64,000 nt of DNA from the NCBI RefSeq assembly GCF_009914755.1, contig NC_060940.1; one strand, written 5' to 3'. Both the position numbers and the translations under genes were made by a program. The notes under the pieces were generated by a model, which saw nothing but the letters and a program-made list of their open reading frames with translations, made no database searches and was not told where the DNA came from. Source of the DNA: the human T2T-CHM13v2.0 reference genome, Homo sapiens. Shown here piece by piece: positions 1-16,225 of the stretch. Numbering within the stretch: the stretch's first letter is position 1; every line of letters begins with the position of its first letter.

Positions 1-274
1 TCATGTGGATGTTAGTCATGCGTACCTTTAATTCCCTGAACTTAGAGCTGTGCCTCCTGTCGTTTGGAGATTGGAACACATACAGGCTTTGAGGATCTGA
101 AACCTGCACTTAGCCAGTGGAACCTTAGATATGATACAGGACTTTTCTAAGCCTCAACAGTAACTCCTGTGACACAGGGGTAATAATGGATACCCTGGAA
201 GGTGATTGTGGAAATTCAGTGAGATAATATACAGTGGCTAACATAATGCCTGGCATATAATGGATGTACAATTA

Positions 275-463
<189 letters not shown>

Positions 464-562
464 TTATTATTGGTTTTAGAATCTGCTATAGTAGTAATTA
501 AAAGTGCTTCACAAAAGCCATGAAATATTAACCATCGGGGAAAGGTGAATGGAGATATGAGA

Positions 563-808
<246 letters not shown>

Positions 809-1961
809 TATATGTATTTTAAAAGCAAAAAGTAACACCTCATTGTTTAAACTTACTCCAAAACACTAATTTCCTTCCCCTTCCTTTATTTTGCTAAGAA
901 CCTTTAGCATTTGGGTTTCACATCCAGCCAAGACCTTTCCATGCTGCTGCCCCTGCTTGGATATTTCAAATTGGTATTAACTCTTGCTATGTGATGTTGC
1001 TAACTTACTCAAAAACACTTCTTCAGGAGTGCTGAAACTAAATCTAACTTCATTAATTTCACATGCTTCATCAACCCAACATTTTTGTTGCGTGATTAAA
1101 AATTTAAATTAAAAAAAAGTATCCTTCATGCACCAGGAAATATTGTAGGTGCTGGGCTAGAATAGAAAGGCACCTACGCAACAAGTGAGTAGCCTGTACT
1201 TGGGAGGGTTTGGCTGAATTATCACGGTGACTTTCCCAGTAGGATGAATAAAGTAGGTAAGGCTAACACTTCATTGTTCCCACTCTATAGTTGTAAGAGT
1301 GAAGCACAAACAGAGTGACTTGCCTGGGTTATTTGCAATCACTCAGGCAAAGAGGAGTAGTAGTAGCATTTCTATTAGAAGCAATTTCCCTCTGGTTATG
1401 ATTATCTAGAGACAGCCTGAACTGACAAATTTATATCTACAACAAGAGAGAAGAACATAAAATAATCCAGGGATTTTAGACACTGCTATTTGAAGAGCAG
1501 TTATGGATCCCTTTATCCACATGACGTGGTAGCTTCTCACCTCATAGCTTATGGAAAGGCTATATTCTGAAATTCTAACTCTGATCTTAAAGGATGAGAC
1601 AGCAGGTGGAAATTTTTGTAGCCCTGTGGATACAGTCAACTCAGTCAAGATTCAAATATGGAGGTTGCAGGAAATATTAATAAATTCTAGGGTCCTGTCC
1701 AGTCCAGAAATTCCAGAGTTCTAAGAAACATTGCTGAAGTCATTCTTCAAGGTTAATGATCTTCAGCCCCATGAATGTAAACAAATAACTTCTAGGCAAA
1801 GAAGCAATGTGAGGCCATGCAATTAACCACGTCTGCCTATTCTAACTCCCCACTAAATGATCAAAGGCAGATAATAAAGGGAAAAACATGTGTCTCTACT
1901 GGAAATTAAAGAAGGTGCCATCAAAATGTGAGCTATAGGGAGAAATTTCTGTAGGATATTC

Positions 1962-2151
1962 ACAGTAGTTTTCCAAGTTTAGCAGGCATCAGAACTGCCA
2001 GGAGGGCTTGTTAAAACACAGATTTCTGGGCCCCATTCCCAGAGTTTCTGAGTCAGGTCTGGAGCGAGGGCTCAAGATTTTGCATTTTTAACACATTCTC
2101 AGTTAATGAGAATGCTGCTTTGTCCTGGAACCATACCTTGAAAGCCACTGC
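1962..2151. mobile_element. MER5A-like hAT-Charlie element
   Basis: cttgttaaaacacagatttctgggcccca...tttgcatttttaaca pattern. Confidence 0.75.
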
Positions 2152-3776
2152 AGGGGAAAAGTGGAAGCGACACTCACTAGGAATCCCATTGCAGAACTTG
2201 CTGCTTATCCATGGAGAGGGATATGTCTAGCACAGTAACAGCCCTGCCAAAGCTGACTTTTAACAAAGGCAGCTTGATCCCTTGATAAAATATTCCACTC
2301 AATAACAGCAGAGTACACATTCTTTTTTATTGCAAATAGAACACTTACCAAGGTGAATCTTATTCTGAGTCATAAAACAAACCTCAATAAATTGAAAAGA
2401 AGTAAAATCATGCAAAGTGTCTTTTATGGCCATAATGGAATTAAATTAGAAATAACAATAAAAACATAACAAGAAAATCTCCGGTGACTAGAAAATTAAA
2501 CAACACACTTATAAATAATCCATAGGTCCTAGAGGAGTCTCAAAGGAAATTAGAAAGCACTTTAAATTGAACAAAATTTGTGAGGGACAACTATAAAGGA
2601 TAAATTTGTAGCATTAAAAAAGGAGAAATTTCTAAAATAAATCATCCAAGTTTCTACCTTAAGTAACTAGAAAAAGAAGAGCAAGATAAATCAAAGCTAG
2701 CAGAAGGAAGGAAATGATAAAAATAAGAACAGAAATCCATTGAAAACAAAAATAATAAGAAAGATTATTGAAACAAAAAGCTGTTTCCTTGGAAAACTAA
2801 AATTGATAGGCCTAAAAAAAAGATAAACTTCTAGCAAGACAGGCAAAGAAAAAAGAAAGAAGATGCAAATTACCAATATCAAAAATAAAAGATGGGATAT
2901 CACTACCAACCTCTCAGACATTAACAGGGTAATAAGGGAATGCTATAAACAACTCAATGTACATAAATTAGACCATTTTTTTTTAAAATGAAGCCATTCT
3001 TCAAAAACTACAAACTTCCAAAAACTTATTCAAGATAAACTAGAAAACCTGAATAGTTTTATAACTATTGAAGAAATTGAATTTATAGATAAAAAATTTC
3101 CAAAATATAAAAACTTCAGAATCAGATGGTTTCACTGGAAAATTCTGCCAAACATTAGAAGAAGAAAAAAATAACAGCAAAACCTGTATAATCTCATCTA
3201 AAAAATAGAAGAAAACATTTCCTAACTTATTTTAACAGGTCAGTGATACGCTGATACAAAAACCACACAGATACATTACAAAAAAAAAAAAAACCCTACA
3301 GACCAGTATCTCTCACAGACACTAAAATTCTCAACAAAATATTAGGCATGGAAACTGAATCCAGCAACACATGAAAATAATAATACACCATGTCCAAGTA
3401 GGGTTTATCATTGGAGTGCAAGGCTGGTTTAATATTTGAAAATCAAACAATATAATATACAGTATTAACAGCCTCAAAATTTTCTGTAATTTGCAACAAC
3501 ATGGATGGAACTGGAGGACATTATGCTAAGTGAAATAAGCCAGGCACAGAAAGACAAATACTGTATGATCTCACTATTTGCAGAATCTAAAAATGTCAAT
3601 TTCATAGAAACAGAGAGTAGAAAGGCAGTTACCAGAGGCTTGGATGAGGCAAAGGGATGGGGAAGGAAAGGAAAGATGTTGATGAAGGGTACAAAGTTTC
3701 AGTTATACTGGAGAAATAAATTTTAGTAATCTATTGTAGTGCATGGTGACTGCAGTTAATAATTATTGTATATTTC

Positions 3777-4078
3777 AGCTGGGTGAGGTGGCTCATGCCT
3801 GTAATCCTAGCACTTTGGGAATCAGAGGCGGGTGGATTGCTTGAGCTCAGGCGTTCAAGACCGGCCTGGGCAACATGGCAAAATCCTGTCTCTACCAAAA
3901 ATACAAAAAATTAGCTGGGTGTGGTGGTGTGCATCTGTAGTCCCAGCTACTCAGGAGGTTGAGGTGGGAGGATCACTTGAACCTAGGAGGCAGAGATTGC
4001 AGTGAGCCGAGGTTACGTCACTGTGGTCCAACCTAGGTGGCAGAGCGAGACCCCATCTCAAATAATAATAATAATAAT
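3777..4078 (+). mobile_element. Alu with (AAT)n tail
   Basis: Full dimer inside an L1 3' end. Confidence 0.9.
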
Positions 4079-4442
4079 GTCTTGTATATTTAAAAGTTCT
4101 TAAAGAATAGATTATAAATGTTATCATCAGAAAAAAAATGATAAATTGGTGAGGGTGTGGATATGTTAATTAGCTTGATTTAATCTTTCTATGATGTATA
4201 CATAGATCAGAATATCACATTGAACCCCATAAATATACATAACTACTTGTCAACTAAAAATAAATAAGTAAAAATTGGAAAAAAAAAAGAAAGAGAAAGA
4301 AAATCCACCAGAATCAACAAAACAAACTCCTGGAACTAATAAGTGATTGCAGCAGGATCACAGGACACAATATTAACATTAAAAAGTCAATCACTTTCCA
4401 AGATAGCATCAATGAACAGTGGAATTTGAAATTAAAAGCATA

Positions 4443-4740
4443 GCCCAGGCACAGTGGCTCATGCCTGTAATCCCAGCACTTTGGGAGGCCAAGGCAGGTG
4501 GATCACGAGGTCAGGAGTTCGAGACCAGCCTGACCAACATGGTGAAACCCTGTCTCTACCAAAAATACAAAAATTAGCCGGGTGTGGTGGCATGTGCCTA
4601 TAATCCCAACTACTCAGGAGGCTAAGGCAGGAGAATCACTTGAACCCAGGAGGTGGAGGTTGTAGTGAGCCAAGATCACACCATTACACTCCAGCCTGGG
4701 TGACAGAATAAGACTCTGTCTCAAAAAAGAAAAAAAAAAG
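4443..4740 (+). mobile_element. AluS-like
   Basis: Full dimer; TSD gaaattaaaagcata on both sides. Confidence 0.92.
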
Positions 4741-7265
4741 AAATTAAAAGCATAATACTATTTACATTGGCACCCTAAAAATTAAATTTGTACTTGGGCA
4801 AAAATCTACCAAAATATTTGCAAGATCTGTATGAGGAAAACTACAAAAAACTCTGATGAAAGAAATCAAAGAAGATATAAATAATGGAGAGATATTCCAT
4901 AATCATGGATAGGAAGACTCAATATTGTTAAGATGCCAGTTCTTCCCAACTTGATCTATAGATTCAACACAATCCCAGTAAAAATCCCAGCAAGTTATTT
5001 TGTGGATATTGACAAGCCGATTCTAAAATTTACACAGAGAAGTAAAAGATCCAGAATAGCCAACACAATATTGAAGGGGAAGAATAAAGTCAGAGGACTG
5101 ATACTAGCCAGCTTCAAGAGTTACTATAAAACTATTGTAATCAAAAAAGCGTGGTATTGGCAAAAGAAAGTCACATAGATCAGTGGAACAGAATACATAA
5201 CCCATCCAAAAATAGAACCACACAAATATAGTCAACTGGTCTTTGATAAAAGAGCAAAGGCAATATAATAGAGAAAAGATAGCCTTTTCAACAAATAAAG
5301 ATGAAAAAATTGGACATCTATATACACACACAAAAAAAGAATCTAGACACGGATCTTACACCCTTCACAAAAATTAACTCAAAATGGATCATAGACTTAA
5401 ATCTAAAATGGAAAACTATAAAATTCCTAGAAGATAACATAGGAGAAAATATGGATGACCTTGGATTTGAGAATGGCTTTTTAGTTACAACACAGAAGGC
5501 ACAACACATGGGAAAAAAATGATAAACTAGGAATGAAAAGATTCTCCCCTGTAAAAGATGTTGTCAAGAGAATAAAAAAGGCACAGTCTGGAAGAAAATA
5601 TTTGCAAAAAAAAAAAAAAAAAAAAAAAAAAAGATCTGATAAATGACTATTATCTAAATATACAAAGAATTTTTAAAAATTCAACAATAGGAAAACAAAA
5701 ACCTGAAACTTAAAAATAGGCAAAAGCTCTGAACAAATACCTAATCTAAGAAGATATACAAGAGGTGAATAAGCATATGAAAAGATGTTCAATATCATTG
5801 CCATTAAGGAACTACAAATTAAAAAACAATGAGTGGCTGGGTATGGTGGCTCATGCCTGTAATCCCAACACTTTGGGAGGCCAAGGTGGGAGGATTGCTT
5901 GAGCCCAGGAATCTGAGGCCACCTGGGGCAAATTAGTGAGACCCTCATCTCAATTTAAAAACAATAACAACAACAATAGCCAACAACAGATACCACTACA
6001 CACCTATTAAAATGGTCAAAACTCAAAACACTGACAACACTAAATGCTGGCAAGGATGTGGAGCAACAGGAAATGTCATTTATATTGGTGGAAATACAAA
6101 ACGGTACAGCAACTCTGAAAGACAGTTTGGCCGTTTCTTACAAAACTAAACATATTCTTATCATATAATCCAGCAATTGTGCTTCATAGTACTTACCTCA
6201 AAAAGTGAAATTCAAAAACATACATCATTTACAATAGCTCCAAAAAAGGAAATATTTATGTATAAATTTAACAAAACATGCATAGGAGCTGTATGCTGAA
6301 ACCTGCAAAACACTGATAAAAAGAAGTAAAAGGAGAACTAAATAATTGAAGAGATGTAAAGTGTCCATTGATTGAAAGACTCAATGTAATAAAGATGTGA
6401 ATTCTTTCCAAATTTATCTATAGATTTAAAACATTTCCAACAAAATCCCAGCAGAGTTTTTTGGTATGTATAGACAAACTGATTCTCAAATTTATGTGGA
6501 AAAATAAAGGGACTAAAATACTCAAAATAAAATTTTAAAAAGAAAAATGAAGTTAGAAGAATCACACTATGTGATTTTAAGACTTTCTATAAAAATACAG
6601 TTGTCAAGTTGATGTGGTATCAGTGAAAGGCTTGACATATAGATTGGCAGAACAGAATAGAGTCAAGACATCAACCCACGAAGATATGGACAACTGATTT
6701 TTGACAAAGATACAATTAAGTGGATAAAAATTTTTTTTTCCCAATTACTGGAACCATTGGACATTTATATGTAAGACAATGAACTTGAACTAAGCCTCGT
6801 ATTTTAAAAAAATTAACTCAAAATGGACCATAGGTCTAAATGTAAAACATAAAACCACAAAAAATCTAGAAGAAAATATAGGAGAATATCTTCATGACCA
6901 GGGTTAGGCTAAGAGTCCTTAGAGATGATACCAAGAGCACAATCCATAAAAGAAAAATTGATACGTTGGACGTCATCAAAGTTAAAACCTTTTTCTCTGT
7001 GAAAGACACTATAAAGAGAATAAAAAAACAAGCCATGGACTTGGAGAAAATATTTGTAAATCACATAATCTCACAAAATTTATAAAGACCTCACAAAACT
7101 CAACAGTAAGAAATCAAACAACCAATTAAACAAATGGGTAAAAGACTTGAACAGACACTTCACCAAAGAGGATATACAAATGACAGGTATGCACATAAAG
7201 AAATGTTCAAGATCATTAGGCATTGGGGAAATGCAAATTAAAATCATAATGAGACATCACAACTA

Positions 7266-7978
<713 letters not shown>

Positions 7979-8682
7979 CTGATGAAGAGGTGGAACAACT
8001 GGAATTATCACACATTGGTGAGGGATGCACAACGGCACAGCCACTGTGGAAAACAAAAGTTTGGCATTTTCTTATAAACTTGCAAATATACTTTAAATAT
8101 AATTCAGCAATCCACTGCTGGGCATTTACCCTAGAGAAATAAAAACTTACATTGACACAAAAACGTTGACATAAATATTTACAGCATCTCTATTTATAAT
8201 AGTCTGAGAGTGAAAACAGTGGGTAAATGGTTAAGCTGGTGTATCCATAGAATGGGATACTACTCGCAATAAAAGGAAATGACCTATTGCTACATCCAAC
8301 AACTCGGATGAATCTTAAAGGCAGTGTGCTGAGTGAAGGAAGCAGTCTTGAAAGATTGCATACTGTATCATTCCATTTGTAGGAGGAGCCTCAAAAGGAC
8401 AAAACTATAGGAACAATGAAGAGATCAATAGTTGCCAGGGGTTACAACTGGGGGGAGGATTTGACCACAAGGAGACAGTCCAAAGAAATTTATTGAGTTG
8501 ATGAAATTGCTGTTTTCTGATTGTAGTGATGTTTATATGAAAGTCAACAACTGTTAAAATTCATAGAAATGTATGCCAAAAATGTCCATTTTAATGTATA
8601 TAAATTTAAAAATAAAATGTAAAATGTTTTTAAAATACAATACCTATTTCTAATAAAAACACTTGGTAATTTATAAATACTG

Positions 8683-9338
8683 TTTTTTTTGAGACAGGGT
8701 CTCGCTCTGTCTCCCAGGTTGGAGTGCAGTAGTGCCATCACAGCTGATTGCAGCCTCAACCTCCCAGGTTCAAGCGATGCTCCTGCCTCAGCCTCCTGAG
8801 TAGCTGGGACTATAGGTGCACACCACCATGCCCAGCTAACTTTTTCATTTTGTTTTTAGTAGAAATAAGGTCTTGCTAAGTTGCTCAGGCTGGTCTTAAA
8901 CTCCTGAGCTCAAGTAATCCTTCTACCTTGGCCTCCCAAAGTGCTGGGATTACAGGTATGAGCCACCATGACTGGCTTTCTTGTGTTTATAAATACTGAA
9001 GCACTAGAAACTTGCTAAAGGCTCAAACCTAAGGGTCTCTGATTTTTTTTTTTTTTTTTGAGACAAGGTTTTGCTCTGATGCCCAAGTTGGGGTGTAGTA
9101 AGCAGATCATAGCTTACTGCAGCCTTGATCTCCTGGGCTCAAGCGTTCCTCCCATCTTAGCTTCTCGAGTAGCTGAGACTACACGTGCACCATCACACTT
9201 GGCTGATTTTTTATTTTTTGTAGAGACAGGGTTCTCACTATGTTACTGAGGCTGGTCTCGAACTCCTGGGCTCATGCAATCCCCCTGCATCAGCCTCTCA
9301 AAGTGCTGGGACTACAGGTGTGAGCCACTGCACCCAGA
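8683..9338 (-). mobile_element. Two AluJ-like elements (about 8683-8975 and 9043-9338)
   Basis: Poly-T followed by reverse Alu sequence. Confidence 0.88.
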
Positions 9339-10262
9339 CAAGGATCTCTGATTTTGTCCTCTGTTCTTCAACACCCTCCACAGGTGTTATCATTCATGGC
9401 TTTGATTGTAATCTACACATCAATTATTCCCCAACATAAATCCCACCCGCCAAATCTCTCTCCTAAAATCCACACTGATACACTCAATTGCTATTTAATA
9501 TTCCCATTTGATTGTTTCCAGGTGCCTCAAACTCAATGTATTCAAGTTGATGGGTTTTTTTTTATTTGTTTGTTTTGTTTTGTTTTTTTCCCAACAAATC
9601 TGTCACTTCTCTTTTTCAGTGATGGTAATACCAACCAAATTGCCTGAGCCAGTCATCTGGAAGTTGGTTCTTTGCTGTTATTATCCTCACTCATCCCTGA
9701 AGTAAGAGAACTAAGTCTTGGAGAAGCTAAGTAACTTTTCCCAAAGGTCAGCTAGTAAGTTCTTTAAGCATTAAAATTCTTACCTCTGAGGCAATAAAAT
9801 TCTTACCTTTGAGAGGATAGTAACCTCTTCCTCCCTGCCCCTTAACCCATATCGGATCAATCATTAAGTCCTGTTGATTCCAACTCCTCAATACCTTTCT
9901 GGACCCCAGATCCTAGAGTAAAAGGTAGTTTACAAATGTCTATGGCACCCTGGCACCCTGGTCTTTCCTGAAGCAGCACCATCGTGAAACTGCCATCTGT
10001 TCTCCTACCATCTGCAAATCTAAGTCGTGACTCTGGGTGGCTGCCTATTGTGTTTTACCCTGGAAATAGATCTGGCTCTTTCTCCACCTTCCATTTTTAT
10101 TATCACATCAGATAATTTTGACTGTGGCTGCCTTAATCTGGAGTGTCAGAATCTGATTAAAAGTCCAGCCAGATTCTTAAGTGCAAACCATATTTCAGAA
10201 GTGACTGGGTGGATCCTCCACCTCATCCCCATCTGTCCCAGCAGAGTGAGATCACCACATAC

Positions 10263-10407
10263 CATTCATCCATTCCTCTGACTTGATGCTGAACTCATAG
10301 GCTGTCGACCACAGCTGCTCATAAGGTACTTTGTTCTTCAGCATGGCCTGCAGAAGAGGGTAAGTACTCTTCTCCTTTTCCAATAGCTCTTCCTCCTTAT
10401 TGATCAA
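10263..10407 (-). CDS. DNAH3: DNAH3 exon 18 (145 nt): LINKEEELLEKEKSTYPLL...SIKSEEWMN(G)
   Basis: Acceptor ccctgcag|TTG, donor G|gtatgt; dynein tail-like INKEE and PYEQLW motifs. Confidence 0.94.
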
Positions 10408-11068
10408 CTGCAGGGCAAAAGGAGATGCTGTTTATGGGATGGGTTGTTCTCCTAAGCCCTCGAAGACACCAGGGCAAATTCCTCAGTGCCTTGAAAACCA
10501 AGTGGAGGGAAATGCTTATTCATCTGGAGAGTAAGAGAGGAAACTAAAGCATGAACTCAAGCAAGAATGTCCCTCTGCCACCTCCAAGGACCTTGGCAGC
10601 TGAGGTCTGTCTGGTTGAAACTGTAGGATAATCAGCTACTTGCCCTATCATCTCTGTTTCCACTCTATGACAGCCATATCTCCGTTTTCATAATTTTCAT
10701 ATGTACTTTAGCTACATATATGATGTTACCTCCTTGTACTGACTTGCCTCAGAAGTAAGAATTTTAATGGTTATTAAAGAACTTACTAGCTGATCTTTGG
10801 GGACAGTTACTTAGCTTCTCCAAGACTTAGTTCTCTTACTTCAGGGATAAGTGAGGATAATAACAGTACCTAACCCAAAGATGTGTTACAGGCATTAAGT
10901 GAAATATTGCATATGAAGCTCTTGACCATTGCTAAGCACATAATAAATGTTCAATAAATGTGAACAATTACCTTACTATAATTTCTTCTTTGGATGCTCA
11001 GTAACTAATAAAGGGAAAAGTCTGGTGTCATGAAGGGATATGGGAAAAGGTAGTTGAAAGTACCAGTG

Positions 11069-11380
11069 AGCCAGGTGTGGTGGCTCATGCCTGTAATCCC
11101 AGCACTTTGGGAGATGAGGCAGGTGGATCACTTGGGGTCAGGAGTTCAAGACCAGCCTGGCCAACATGGCAAAACTCTCTATTAAAAATACAAAAAATGA
11201 GCTGGGCATGGTGGCACACGCCTGTAATCCCAGCTACTTGGAAGGCTGAGGCAGGAGAATCACTTGAACCCAGGAGGTGGAGGTTGCAGTGAGATGAGGT
11301 CACATTACTGCACTCCAGCCTGCGCAACAGAGTGAGACCTTGTCTCAAAAAAAAAAAAAAAAAAAAGAAAAGAAAAAAGA
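11069..11380 (+). mobile_element. Alu
   Basis: Full dimer; TSD gaaagtacca. Confidence 0.9.
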
Positions 11381-11523
11381 AAGTACCAATGAAAGAACTG
11401 GCCAATGAGTTAACCAATACTATCCACCTAGTAGATGCTATTAGGAAATAGGAAATTCACAACCAAGGATCAGAACCAATAGACCAGTACAGTGTCATAA
11501 GTCCCCATCTCAAGATCCCAAAC

Positions 11524-11677
11524 CTCAAACTCTGCAAACGCCCGATTTAGGTTCTTTGAAAGCTCATTAAGCTTTTCAACATTGTGCTTCATTTCTTCTG
11601 TAGTCATCACTTCGCGCTTCCTAAAACTTTCCAGTTCTCTGTGGTAGCCCTCAAGTCTCAACTCAAATTCTGAGCAT
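11524..11677 (-). CDS. DNAH3: DNAH3 exon 17 (154 nt): CSEFELRLEGYHRELE...NRAFAEFE
   Basis: Acceptor tattttcag|A, donor GAG|gtttgg; overlaps ORF 11470..11661. Confidence 0.94.
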
Positions 11678-12142
11678 CTGAAAATAAAGACAGCCTGGTT
11701 ACCTTTGGACTTTGCATTTTGTGCACTTTCAAAACATCAGCACTGCTTGCCCATATTTAAGCCTGCAGACAATTTGATCAGTTACCTGCAGATTTCCTCC
11801 CCCAATACTCCCAACTCCATCTTTCTCTCTCTCTCTCAAGATAAATGAAGATGAAAAAATAAGTTAAACTACCTATAAGACCACCTCCCAGAAATCGAGC
11901 TGTTGTGAGCCTGTTGGTGGTTAAACATTTCCAGATATTTTCCTGTACAGGTAAATACGTATAAGATATATGTACACGTATACATACTGTTTATTCATTC
12001 AGCCATTAGACATTTATTATTGAGTGCCTAATATATTCTATAACTGCCCTAGGCATCAGGAATATATTTGCGAAGTATGCTATTAAGTTCTCTACCTTCA
12101 TGGAGCTTCTATTTTAACTGAGGGAGACCTAGACAATAGACA

Positions 12143-12232
12143 TGGATGGATGGATGGATGGATGGATGGATGGATGGATGGACAGATGGATGGATGGATG
12201 AATGGATGGATGGTTGGATGAATGGATGAATA
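12143..12232 (+). repeat. (GGAT)n tetranucleotide microsatellite
   Basis: About 22 imperfect units read directly. Confidence 0.95.
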
Positions 12233-12995
12233 AATCCATAGACAGGACAAACAATAAAATATTTCTGTTAGTAATAAATGCTCTGAAGAAAATAAAATAG
12301 GGCAGAATGACTAGCAGACGGAAGTGGAGGGCTACTGTAGCTACAGTGACCAGGAGAGACCTTTCCAAAGATTTATCAACTTCATCCATATTATCAACAA
12401 AGCAGGTCTCAATGAGAACTGCTCCCTTTTTCTAATGAGGTAGAATAATATAGTGTGAAGTGGACAGGGTCTTGAGACAAACAAGCTAGCTTCAAATTCC
12501 CACCTTGCCACTTAGTAGCTATGTAGTCTTGGGAAAGTCACTTAAACTCTCTGTGCCTCGGGTAGATAAAACAAGGATAGAAAAAATGCCAGCTTAATAG
12601 TTAAAGTCAATAAGAACAACAATAACAAAAAAAAGCTCAGAATTGAGCCTGGTATACAATAGTCAATACATAAGTGTTTGCTCACATTCACTAAAATGTA
12701 AACTCTATAAATAGTTGATTTTTACTTATTTATTAATTTTTACCCAGCCCTGTTCAAGGAAATAAATATGTTTCTTGTCTCCTTAATTCCTTTTAGTGTC
12801 TTCAGCAGTTAGACCATCTGATACATGGCAAATAATCAATACTCTTCAAACAAATAAGGGAACTTGTCATTGAGATCAGCTATAGTGACATTTCATAAAT
12901 TTGGTTATCCTAAGAATGCTTAATTCTGTTATGGCAGTTTTAAAGTTGCTTTTTTCTTAAACATGATTTAGAGAATTAATTTTCAAGTGGTTTGA

Positions 12996-13397
<402 letters not shown>

Positions 13398-13923
13398 TAA
13401 AATGGTGAACATCCACTATAAGCAAGGAACCGTGTTCTATCTGAATCCTTAGGCTTTGGTGAAACACAATGTCGGGTGCTCTCCCTAAGATGTCTTCCCT
13501 TCTTCCTCCAGGGTGCCAAAGTGTTTTCCTTTGCCCTTTTATGGCAGAGAGCAGCAGCTCACATCCCTGAGTCATCCATCGTGTAAATATCACATAACTT
13601 CCAGAACCACGGAACCTACCACTGAGTTGGATGAAATGATGGGGGAGAGAGGCAATGCTTATTATTCTTCTGTTGTACATGCAATTAGGTGCTGCTAAGT
13701 GCCTTTTCACATCATTAAATTCTTTTTGAAGCTCCAAATACTATACTCACATAGAAATCTCTGATGAAAGCAGTTTTGAATTCCTCCCAGAGGGCAACTG
13801 CATGTAAGCTCAGTGATTACCTTAAAATATTACTATTATTATTGTTTCTAATTTCTTATAATTGCTAAGTACATTATAGTTTCCAAAGTACTTTCATGTC
13901 CCCACAACACACACACATACAAA

Positions 13924-14262
13924 CAACTGCTCCTTGACTTACAATGGGGTTACATCCCTATAAACCTATTGCAATTTGAAAATACTGGAAATTGAAAATT
14001 CATTTAATACACCTAACCTACTGAACATCAGAGCTTAGCCTAGCCTATCTTAAATGCACTCAGAACACTCACATTAGTCCACAGTTATCATCTAAGACAA
14101 AGCCTGTTTTATAATAAAGTGTTGACTATCCCATGTAACTTATTGTATACCGTACTGAAAGTGAAAAACATAATGGTTGTATGGGTACTCAACATATCAC
14201 TTTCACACCATCAGAAAGTCAAAGAATCGTAAGTTGAACCATCGTAAGTCAGTGACTAGCTG
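13924..14262. mobile_element. MER47A-like TcMar-Tigger element
   Basis: gctccttgacttacaatggggttacatcc...ccatcgtaagtc ends. Confidence 0.8.
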
Positions 14263-14431
14263 TGTGTATGTGTGTGTGTATATATGTAAATTCCATACAT
14301 ATTTCATATAAATAAATTCCTATATATATATCCCAATATATTATATTCCATAGAATAATACAATCATTAGCAAATAGTAGGCACTCATGAAATTAGGTTG
14401 AATAAGAGTTGTATTTGTGGGACCATTTAGA

Positions 14432-14865
14432 GTGTAAGGGGAGGATTCTGGCAGGAAATAGAATTCACTCCCATGTTCAAAGAAAGATACTTTAAGGATT
14501 ACTTGCAGGGGTGAGATATGGATAGGATTAAAGGAACAAATAGCAGACAGTGAGGCACCCAGAGACTAGCATCAGAGGGAAGCCATTAGGACCCCCAGGC
14601 TGGGGACAATGGAAACTGGAACCATGGAGGAGGAGGCATTGACATCAGAGGGATGCAGCTACTGCCTCTGAGCCCCAGGGCCAGGCAGGGAGGGAGAGGA
14701 GGAAAAGCTTGCTAGCTACTCTCCCACCTCCTGCAGGGCTCTGTGGACAGGGCCCAGCCCGGATCCAACAGACAAGAGAATCCAACACTGCAGATTGGGC
14801 ATCACCTTCCAGGTGCAGAGCCGGAGGGTGGGGTAGGAACAGCAAATGGAGAATAATCGGCATGG
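14432..14865. mobile_element. Old ERVL-type LTR remnant (LTR33/LTR67-like)
   Basis: ctggcaggaaatagaattcactc...ggagaataatcggca resembles a remembered consensus. Confidence 0.45.
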
Positions 14866-15559
14866 AACCCCAAAACCATTAATGTGGACTGGGAAAATAA
14901 AGCCAGATTTCTTGCAGAGGAAGCAAGATTGTTTTCTCATGAGATGGATGGATGCATGAATATGGCTTAATCCATCTCACAGGCTGTTCTCAGGATTAAT
15001 GCAACATGATGGACATAAGGATTTAAAGGTTCACCGAAGAGAGGGGTGAGCCCAGGGCTGCCCTGCTGAGCCTCTTCTAGAGCCGCCCTCTGCTGGCCCC
15101 TGCTGTTAAGAGCTGGGGAACCAGCGGATGAGATCAAGCTGAGAGTCACCCCTCAGAAGGAGACAAGGACACTCTACTCCTCTCGTCATAAATGACAATT
15201 GTTCCCATTCCTCACAGAGCCACCCCTCACTCCTCCTAACTTCAACAGCATTTACTGTCTCTAATTGGTCTTGGAGTAATATTCTAAAATCATGCATGCA
15301 AAATTGATGCCTTGGAAGTTGAGAAGCGTTTTTCTCCCCACAGAGGTCCCTGTTCAAAGGGAGAAGGAAGCTGATAGTTTTGGGATTCCTACCACGTGCT
15401 GTTTACCACCTAAGCACAATCTCAGATCATCTCATTTCATCCTTCAGCACCATGAGAGAGGGTCTGATTCTATCCCGTTCTCCAGATGAGGGGCACAGAG
15501 TCTCAAAAAGATGAGCCTTCTGTTTATTTATCTAACAAAAAAAGTGATTTTGCCACCCA

Positions 15560-16225
15560 AGTTGTAAGTTTACTTATATAACAAACCTGCACATGTACTC
15601 CTGAACCTAAAATAAAAGTTAAAATATATTAAAAAGCAAATAAAGAAATTGCTGGGGGAAAATGATTTTACTTTCCTGGTTAGACATAAAAAAGTGGTAG
15701 ATATATAGAGTGGATACTACTCAGCCATAAAAAGAATGAATTAATGGCATTTGCAGCATCCTGGATGGATTGAAGACTATTATTCTTTTTTTTTTTTTTT
15801 TTGAGACAGAATCTCGCTCTGTCACCAGGCTGGTTTCAGCATGTTGGTCAGGATGGTCTCAATCTCTTGACCTCATGATCTGCCTGCCTCGGCCTCCCAA
15901 AGTGCTGAGATTACAGGCATGAGCCACTATGCCCGGCCAGGAGACTATTATTCTAGGTGAAGTAACTCAGGAATGGAAAACCAAACATCGTATATTCTCA
16001 CTCATAAGTGGGAGCTAAGCTATGAGGATGCAAAGGCATAAGAATGATACAATGGACTTTGGGGACTCCAGGGAAAGGGTAGGAGGGGGGTGAGGGATAC
16101 AAGACTACAAATTGGGTTCAGTGTGTACTGCTCAGGTGATGGGTGCACCAAAATCTCAGAAATCACCACTACTTACTCATGTAACCAAATACCACCTGTT
16201 CCCCCAAAAACCTATGGAAAAAAAA
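15560..16225 (+). mobile_element. L1 3'-end fragments with an internally deleted Alu (15787-15940, minus strand)
   Basis: L1 3' motifs (tactcagccataaaaagaatga, gggtgcaccaaaatctcagaaatcaccact); Alu TSD agactattattct. Confidence 0.88.
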
